This document shows positions 1 through 8,400 of a stretch of DNA of 64,000 bases, in pieces (within the stretch, counting starts at the first letter, position 1; every line of letters begins with the position of its first letter). The position numbers and the translations under genes are program-made. The stretch is from Bigelowiella natans CCMP2755. Lineage: Eukaryota > Protista > Cercozoa. The DNA lies in NCBI GenBank assembly GCA_000320545.1, contig ADNK01000096.1, positions 130,274 through 194,273 on the forward strand. The letters are read 5' to 3'. The notes below the pieces were generated by a model. It did no database searches. It had not been told where the DNA came from and saw nothing but the letters and a program-made list of their open reading frames with translations.

Positions 1-13
1 ATGCACTCACATG

Positions 14-60
14 TTGCACAGCTACATTGGGATGTACATATGACCATTGAACAAATTTAA
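14..60 (-). repeat. Dispersed ~80-bp intergenic repeat, copy A (partial)
   Basis: Reverse complement ttcaatggtcatatgtacatcccaatgtagctgtgcaa matches the core caatggtca...catcctaatgtagc...gcaa of the copies at 3420, 34354, 61172 and 61298. Confidence 0.6.
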
Positions 61-180
61 TTGATCTCTTAAATTCGTCTCACATGATCGTTGGCAGGCT
101 AGCACATCGCAGGGTGGCGGTTCGATTCTAGAGTTGCTTAGATGCTTGGTACACGTTTTGCAGCCATAGCATGCAGTGCA

Positions 181-1560
181 GACATGGTGCAATGAAAACA
201 ATGCGATTTTGTTGTGTCCTGATGCTGCCATGCTGTGGTGCGTTGCGCTGCCGCGACACAAGATGCCGTGGCTGCCTGCACCACGGACAGATGTTCTCTG
301 ATACGATCCCAAATGACAATGGATTGAAATGTGTCGATGGAAGAAGAAGAGGCACGCAGTGTAGCAGAGCAAGCTAGCAAGAGAAGAAGAAGAAGAAAAC
401 CATGCCAGCATGATCAATTTGGAGTGCAAGAAGAAGAAGTCAAATCCTCGCACGTGGCTAGATCTAGAGATGTTGTTCGTTTGGCCCTTGCAAACGAACC
501 ACTTCCAACTTCCAACTTCCAACCCCAACCCTGACCCTGCTAGCTAGCTAGCCTGATGAACCACACGAACAACTTCTGCTGGCCACGAGGAGTTCTTCTT
601 CTTGCACTCTAGCTTGATTGCACGTCTGACAGCAGTGAGCAGTTGTGGCGACAAGATCGCTGGGTGGTCGTTCTGCACGCGGATGTCAGGGCGGTTTGCT
701 TGCAAGTCGCCAGCATCGTGCACACGATCACAAGTGATGGCTGCACTTGCGGATTCCACAAAAATCAGCACAGTTGTCACCTCAAAGCCGCACAGTTTTT
801 CTGTCGAAGTGGTGCGCATCGCAGTTGAAAATGGATGTTTTTCAGATCTGGAGATGCACGATGATCACGTTCATGGAAGTGCCAACATCATCCTCGCTCA
901 GCTCGACATCTTCGATTCGACCACAGAAGAATCACTTGTGCACTTGATCACTGCGCCATCACATCCTTCTCTTCATCTCACTTTGGTCGACAAAGGACTC
1001 AAGCATGCTCAAAAGAGAGACCATGTGCACAAACTGGGTGAACATTGACAACACATCGAACGTGCGTGCCGATTGCTTCGCAGCGTTTGCTTTGCCACAC
1101 AAAGGCGCGAAGTGCTGCAGAAAGAGCTCTCTAGCTCTGTGGAAAAGAATCATCAATCGTGATCACAGTTCTTGCTTTCAGATGAAAAACTGTCTTGATG
1201 CTAGCAGCGGCAGCAGTGTCAGGCGTGGTGGCAGTCGGTGCCAGAGTGGTCGCAATTGAGTGGTCGGGGCACGAAGAGCTGCAGCAGCAACGCAGGGAAG
1301 GAAATGGAAGAGCACGCTAGCACGTTGTTGATGAAAACTAGTTTGCTGTTGTCACGTGAGTCAACGCATTCGCGATGGAAAACCAATGGAATGTGGGAAA
1401 AAACTTCTGTGCTTCCAATGGAGTCTCCTTGTTCCGATGTGATGCCTCCATGTCTCCATGTTGGCTGTCAATGGCTTTGGCCAGAGAGCGATTACGTTGT
1501 GCCGGCTGATTGCACATGTGCGACAACCTTTCTTGGAAATTTCTCTAGGTCTGCGAATGC
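181..1560. pseudogene. Decayed, TpA-depleted coding-like/repeat-derived sequence, identity not recognisable
   Basis: Minus-strand frames are broken by TGA stops and rich in Cys/His. By-eye count: about 15 TA dinucleotides in 1.38 kb, 12 of them in CTAG. No recognisable domain. Confidence 0.45.
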
Positions 1561-1906
1561 GATTATTGCTAAAAAGCATAAGTTTATTATTTCGGTAAGA
1601 TTTTGTGATGCATAAAAGAAGAAAAAAAAAAAAAACTTTTCGGGCTTGCGTTCAGGATTTTCAAACTGGAATCGAAGCTGGAGAGCATACTGCCCCTCCT
1701 CTTAGAATCATAGCATCCGGTCGTTGTTGACAACGATTCTGCAAGGCAAAGAATCATGCTGAGACATCTATCTCTCCTACTCATAATTGCTTCAACCCTA
1801 GTTGGTATAGATATTAAAGTGTTTTCATCAATCACAATTGATCCTCACATAAGAAAATTTGACAGGAAATTCTCTTGCGGCGAGATCAGTTAATAATCGA
1901 ACTGCC

Positions 1907-2424
1907 ATGGGAAGAATCGTCCTTGGTGATACATCATCGGCATTGCCACCAATTAAGGATGAATGTGGAAAGGAAATATCACAGGACGAAAACGAGATGA
2001 AAGAACAGGCGAAACAGGTTCAAAACGAACTCCTGACTGCAAACGCTGCAGTAGACTGCGGAGAAGAATACCCCCCATGTGAACCAGAGCCTACAGTTGA
2101 GGTACGTGAAAGGAGAGTATGCATTTCCCTTTGGATTACATTTTATTACTAAATTTATTTTCTTGTTAATACAACCTATCACCGTGCTGATCTGACCAAC
2201 AAAGCATGTGGAGGTCAAATAACGTAGCTAAACAGCCATATTACTATGTAATTTTGCGTTAGCTCCCTCCCGACGCTAAGAAGGAACTTCTTGCTTCGGA
2301 CCCTGCGGCAGCTGTTGCTGAAATGACTCCTTGTGAACGAGAACGATATGAACAAGCTCAGAGAGATGATAAAATCGAGGCCGCGGAGATGGCAAAGCAA
2401 AGCTGCAAGAAGAGCGTCGCTTAA
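1907..2424 (+). CDS. Small acidic hypothetical protein (at least 2 exons; may have further upstream exons)
   Basis: MGRIVLGDTSS...EPTVE, donor gag|gtacgt at 2101, acceptor ttag|ctc at about 2263, in-frame exon LPPDAKKELL...KKSVA stop. Confidence 0.45.
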
Positions 2425-3419
2425 TCCTCTAAATGAACTAGAATCCATTGGAATACCTAAGAGACTACGACTGTCAATGTAGATTGATAGTCGTATCTCG
2501 GTATGCACATAGGCATCTCCTTACTCTTGAAGTTGCGCAATGTCTGTAGTCCCAACCAGTAAATGTATTCGTACCATACTACTTCACAAGGACTTGGATC
2601 ACGCGTAGTAGCGTGTACTGTTTGTGCGTGTATTTATTTATTGTGTTTCGTGTAGTATGCTTGGTCAGCAGTAATTCCTACTGCATGCATTTAGTATTTC
2701 CTGTTAATATCTCATCCGAAAGCGCATACAGCCGGGCACCGTGTGACGAGCTAAAAGGGAGGCCATAGCATGCGATGCCCATCGCTTATACGCACGTGCC
2801 ACCTATGTGTAGCACGCTACGATGCGTATGTGTGCGCTAGCATGTATGACGAGCCTGTCGTATATATATAGACAGAGTAGCTGCGATGTTGTTACAATAA
2901 ATGATGTTCCTATATAGCGCACAAATACAGGCCAGCTACATTCATCACACATGCATGGTCAATAAGCTTGATACGAGCGACAGGCGATGGCGCCATTTGA
3001 TGAAAGGCTAGCAAAGCCTTGTCGATCATGTACGTATAATGCATGCGCGTACACGTACAAACTGTGTGCATTGCAATTAGCACAGCCGCAGCAGCACATG
3101 CACACATGCACACATACATGTAATAACATATGTAAATATATATACACATGTACATGTGTGTGCATGTGCATGTGTAGCATGGAAAGTGTGGACCTCAAAG
3201 ACTGAGACTGAACAAACAACTGATGCGGCCATCATGGACCGCAACAAACGACGCGAAACAAAACGCCTCTCAAACACGTATACAGAGAAAATAGCTCGGG
3301 TGCGCTGCGCTGCGCACAAACCACGACATGCATGACAGACCAAATTGCAATGCTTTTTCATGCATGCAACATGTGACAAAGGAAACAAACAGACACAACT
3401 TAAGCGTTGCTCAAGCTAG

Positions 3420-3487
3420 CCGCTGCATTGCGTAGCTACATTAGGATGACAATTAAAAAAATTTAAACATTTCATTATATCCGTCAT
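3420..3487 (-). repeat. Dispersed ~80-bp intergenic repeat, copy B
   Basis: Reverse complement atgacggatataatgaaatgttt...ttgtcatcctaatgtagctacgcaatgcagcgg matches 61188-61259. Confidence 0.75.
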
Positions 3488-3506
3488 ATATATATTTTGT
3501 ATATAT

Positions 3507-3551
<45 letters not shown>

Positions 3552-3889
3552 CATATATATATTGTCGATATATGGCCATCTGTATACTGATAAGTGAGTT
3601 CGCCGTGGTACAGCATACGCTGCGTTCGGCCCTCAGCCTTACACTACGCATCACATAATAGGCGGATATATTCTGTGGGATGTCTCTAGGAGTACCCAGT
3701 TAATTTTGACTGACCACATATGTACACGGTACACGTGGCACGCGGACACGTAACATACGCTATTCTCGCGACATATGTGTACTGTCCATATATGTTACTA
3801 TTTTGTTAGGATGTACACGTGATGTCACATCTTGTGTTATGTTCACCCGGTGCCAAAGATGTAATTACGCACAGACCGATTCGCATTCA

Positions 3890-4666
3890 TCAAACCCCTT
3901 TGGCAACTATGACCTTCACCCCTGTGGAGGGGCAATCATAGCCAGGAATCCAGCCAAATTCTTTCGCAATGTATGCGGGGGTCACTTGGATGTTTGGATA
4001 CCTTCTTTCGAAATCAAACATATGTGCGCGCTGAATGAATTTCAATGCTTTCTGCAACTTAATTTTTCTTCCCTCCTCCCGTGAGACCTTAGGGGATGGC
4101 ACTTCATCCTTATTCGTTGTCTTTCGCTTTTCTTTCCGACAGTTTCCCTTCTCCCAAAGCTTATTTGGTTTTATCTTAACCAGTTTAGGAAGCTGAACTC
4201 TGTCGTAGTGCACCTTCAATTCTGGGTCAACCAATATTTCGTACGCTCTCTTAATTCCCCTGAAGCGGTCGTTTGCGACCTTCCTGTCCTCGTCTTTGGG
4301 ACGTTTATCTGGATGCCAGATCGGGCACAGCTTCACGAAGGCTGTTCGAATTTCTTTCCTCGTTGCGTTTAAGGGGACTCCCAGCCGAGCATAAAGCGTA
4401 TCATCGTAACCCTGGAGGAATTCCTCCGGTGCGGCCGCTCCGTACGAGAGGAGCCATATCTGAACGGCAGCGACAACTACGCAAAGCGCAGCGAAGGAAT
4501 GGGCGTGACAGCCTTGGTACGAGACTGCGTCCACCTTCGGGGGCACAGCTAAGATCTTAGAAACCTTGCTGGCGCATACGCCGAGTTTTCTCGCAGTGAA
4601 ACGGGCTAGAGTCCCAACGATAATACGGGTGGGCGTTTTAAGCTCGGGGTGTGCATGGATAACCAA
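3890..4666 (-). CDS. J-domain (DnaJ/Hsp40 type III) protein; start uncertain
   Basis: TLYARLGVPLNATRKEIRTAFVKLCPIWHPDKRP...FRGIKRAYEILVDPELKVHYD is a J-domain with the HPD motif, preceded by a hydrophobic stretch. The ORF begins at TTG. Confidence 0.75.
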   Translation of the reverse strand: MVIHAHPELKTPTRIIVGTLARFTARKLGVCASKVSKILAVPPKVDAVSYQGCHAHSFAALCVVVAAVQIWLLSYGAAAPEEFLQGYDDTLYARLGVPLNATRKEIRTAFVKLCPIWHPDKRPKDEDRKVANDRFRGIKRAYEILVDPELKVHYDRVQLPKLVKIKPNKLWEKGNCRKEKRKTTNKDEVPSPKVSREEGRKIKLQKALKFIQRAHMFDFERRYPNIQVTPAYIAKEFGWIPGYDCPSTGVKVIVAKGV

Positions 4667-5079
4667 CAGCCATGCTAGTCGATAGTTAGTTCTGGCGTGC
4701 TGCCCCCCTCACTAGTGATGTCTGCTGAATAGTGCGGTACAGTCGTCTGACTTTTTTCCAAGCGGAAAATATCTGAATAAAATATGGCAAGAAATAAAGT
4801 TAGCACAGAGTCATTTCTTGTTGGAAAGTATCTTGTTCAACATCGGGGGAAGTATTGCCGATGTCGATGCTGCGACTAATCCTTAAATGGACGTCGCATG
4901 GGTGAAATGACATGTGTTTTATAATTTTCATTGTAACATGTACAAATGTCAGTCAGCATTGCTGCTGCGACATGAAAATGTCCAAAAAAAACTCAAAAGT
5001 TTCGCAACATTTGAGCACGGATGAGTCAGGGCTTCTGTCCAGCAGTCCTCAGACTTCGCTCGTCACCAAGCTAGCAAGC

Positions 5080-5405
5080 TGTTGCGCGTAAGGTGTTCAC
5101 AGGCCGAGGCGCTACGTGCACAAGTAGGCAGGGGGGGGGAAAGGCACGTTTGCTTCCTTTTGAAGAGTTGTGTTTATTTTTATTAAAGATTATATTTTTA
5201 TTAAATCGTGCACTGCGTAATCATTCGCGAAGCTTTCGCGAATGCCGCCGCACGTGGGGCAGCACACTTCCGGTGTGCTGCCATGAGTCCCGCCGGAACC
5301 CACGTGCCTATGCTGTATTAATATCTACGTTATCTATATTCTATATCCGCGACAACCCCTTTGTTGTCGCACGTGACTTGTGCCCGCGTAGTGGTACGCG
5401 CTACA
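5080..5405 (-). repeat. 3' LTR of copy 1 (326 bp)
   Basis: Direct repeat of 10470-10794, differing by a 1-nt indel (tgaagag vs tgagag). Terminal inverted repeat TGTTGCGCGTA/TGTAGCGCGTA (10/11). AATAAA motifs on the minus strand. Confidence 0.97.
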
Positions 5406-5413
5406 CCTCCCCC
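5406..5413 (-). promoter_or_regulatory. Polypurine tract (GGGGGAGG) abutting the 3' LTR
   Basis: cctccccc immediately inside the LTR; a further (AAGG)n tract at about 5426-5443. Confidence 0.8.
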
Positions 5414-5456
5414 AAGTCACGTTGCTCCTTCCTTCCTTCCTTATTCCCTTAGACCT

Positions 5457-8400
5457 TCATCGCTTTCGGAACTTCACCAACCACCAGGTAATAGATTCCT
5501 CTCTAACCTTATCTCCTTTGTCGCTTACCCAGAACTCACCTTCGTCCTTAGGTTCGTGTCCATACCAGCCCTCTGCATCAAGGTCCCCCAGGACCTTATA
5601 CCAGTGCTCAAAGGGTAAGTCGGGAACAGCTAGGTAGAGTAGCTGATATTTTCCGTCCTTTATTTTCATAGCTACCCTCTCCATATTTCGTAATCCAGGG
5701 TAGCCTAGATAGACAATCTTCATGCGCCAATCGTCGTTCACCCTGACCTTATTGTTTCCATATTCCACATCGAACTTAGGTCGGGGTCCTAAACAAGGCA
5801 TTGCTCGCTCCCACACAGTAGGGTTTACTTTAACATCCTCTAGGAGCTTCTCACCGATATCATAATTCTTTAGGTGACTGATGTGGCGCAAGGTGACCCT
5901 GTTCCCATCATAGATGTAGTACTGCTTCCTCCCCTTCCTCTCGGTAACCTTTGCAACGCCACCCCAGAAGGGGTCTTGTTTATTTCTCGATCTCAGATTT
6001 ACCTTGGCCCTAACATACTGTCCTTCCTTTAGAACTCGGCCATCGTACGGGACCTTCTCGTCTTCGCTCTCGGTATCGTCGTCGTTGTCGTCGCCTTCTT
6101 CCCTCTCCTTATCCTTGATACCTCCCCCAGACGTGAAGGTGTCGTTTACTAACCCTTGTATCTTGTCTGGTGTGGTGCTATTTATCCTGCTTAGGTTGGC
6201 CAAGGTGCGGTGGAGTCGCTCTACCTTGGAGTTGGACTGGGCATAGTATACAGGTGAGGCATCAATATTAGGGTGTGGTAGCTGTAGAAGAGAGGTCTCA
6301 TTATCCACATGTAACTTCTTTGGTATCTTGTTTATGCTAACTTCATCAGGGATAGCCTGGAGCTCAGACTCCCAGGTACGGTAGCAGTTAGTAAGCCTCT
6401 GCTTATATAAGCCTTTGTTCTTCTTAGCAACGTTGACCTTGATAATCTTTTTAACCCAGCACTTTCCAGTGGCCACATCAACGAAGGTAAGGTAGTGATA
6501 GCCATCGTACTTATAAACATCAATTTGCACGATATCTAAGAAGTTCCTTGCTTTGATTTTCTTAGATGCACGGCTCTTGCTGGACTCCTTGGTGGCGACG
6601 CCTGCCGCCTTCAAGCTGGAGCACCTGCAGCCACGCAGGTATGTCCTTATCTCTTTTAGCTTGTAGGGCCAGTAGTAATGGTAGAGTAGAGCAGTGATAT
6701 GGTTTTCTCCTACGTGTGCAGGTCCATGGGCGGTAAAGAGAAGGGCTCCCCTGGTCCGCCGTGGCACGTAGGTACGCCTAACATTATTAGTGTATACATA
6801 TATCCTATCACTAAGTACCTCATGCTTGTGTTTGTATTTATCCAGGTGTTCTTGAAGGTGCTGGAGCTCCTCTGGCTCAGGCAGGAAGTCGCCGTCCTCG
6901 AAGGTAATCGCGTTAACCATAGGGGTGACCTGGGTAGGGACTTTCTTTTCGAACAGCCTGCTGAAATAGTCAGCAAGCTGCTTGTCTCCTGGTGCGTAGA
7001 CCACTGTCCTCTTGTCCCTAAACTCTTCCGTGTCCGCCCTCATAGCTGCATACTCATCGTTAGGCGCTTCGAGCTTGCGGTCGATGCCTAGGAGGGGCTT
7101 GTGGTCAGTCATTAAGGTGAAGCTGGGCACCGACAGCAGGTAGTATCTTAGTTTCCTCTGCGCCTCAGTCATGGCTTTATACTCTCCTTTTGTAGGGCTG
7201 TACTTGGCCTCAGCTGCTGTGCAGGCCCTGCCCCACACCCGTATGATCTGCTGGTCTTGGGTAAGTACAGCAGCCATACCTAGCTTAGACCAGTCTGTCC
7301 ATAGGGTAGCTGGTCTAGTAGTGTCTAGCTTAGCATTCAATAGGGTGTTGCTGCATAACTTTATTAGGTTATCGAAGTGGGCATCAAGGCCAGCCTTGGC
7401 CCACACCTTAGCGAAGCTGAGGCCTACAGAGTTCTCCTTCCGGTAAGCAGTAGTAAAAGCAGCTGCAGTCCTAGCGTAGGTAGGGGAGAACCTACGTAGT
7501 ATCCAAGCTGCAGTCTGCAAGAATGACTTTAACTCCTTTGCATTCTTAGGTTTAGGGGCTTGCTGTAGTGCTGCTACTTTCTCGGGGTTTGGGGTGATGC
7601 GGCCTTGCTCCAGGTAATATCCACACCACTTGATTCTTGTAGCTAGGAATGTACACTTCTGCAGTCTAATAGTAAAACCGAAGTGTGCAAACCTAATAAA
7701 TATATTTTCCAGGAGGAAGATCTGAGCGACGACTGTGTTGGTACATATTATGTCATCATCCACATACACAAACACAAACACCCACAACACAGACGCCATC
7801 CCATCATGTGTGTATGCCCTGTAGTTCTGACTACTGAACGCATCCCCTGATATGCTTAGGCCGTAAGGGAATACGACGAAGTGCCACTTCCTGTGCCTGC
7901 TGGAGAACGCGGTAATGGGGCGGGAGGTTTTGTGGATGGGTGTCTGCATGTATGATTCATTTTTATCTAGGGAAGAGTAGTATTTGTATCCTATGACGTG
8001 TTCAATAACGTCATCTATCCTTGGTGTAGGTGTCTGGATCCTCTTTATTACTCGGTTGTGGCGGATGAAGTTGTGCGCCAGGCGGAAGAAAGGGTAAGTA
8101 GGTTTCTTAGCTAGCACATGTCTCACGTTCCATGGTGAGTTGCTTGGCTCTATCTTCCCTTCCTTTGCCCATTCATTGATCTGCCACTCTATCTTTTCCC
8201 AGTCCGCTTCCGGTCGCCTATGTTCTGGGTCATTGATGATGCACTCTTCGTATCCCTTCTTTAGCTCGATCTTTACTGGGGTAAGCTTGCTGGAGGGCTT
8301 CGTCGTCGGCTTGGTGATGTCAGAGTACTTCTCGTTTAATATTTTATTAATGTACTTTTTGCCTTTGTCGATATCCCAATCATCAGCTGGGGGGGTCTTG

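Noticed and set aside
5093-5637. Plus-strand ORFs within the LTR/3' end (also 10557-10817 and 61410-61954) and antisense ORFs inside gag-pol
   Set aside because: They start at GTG/TTG, have no domain, and recur only because the element is duplicated.
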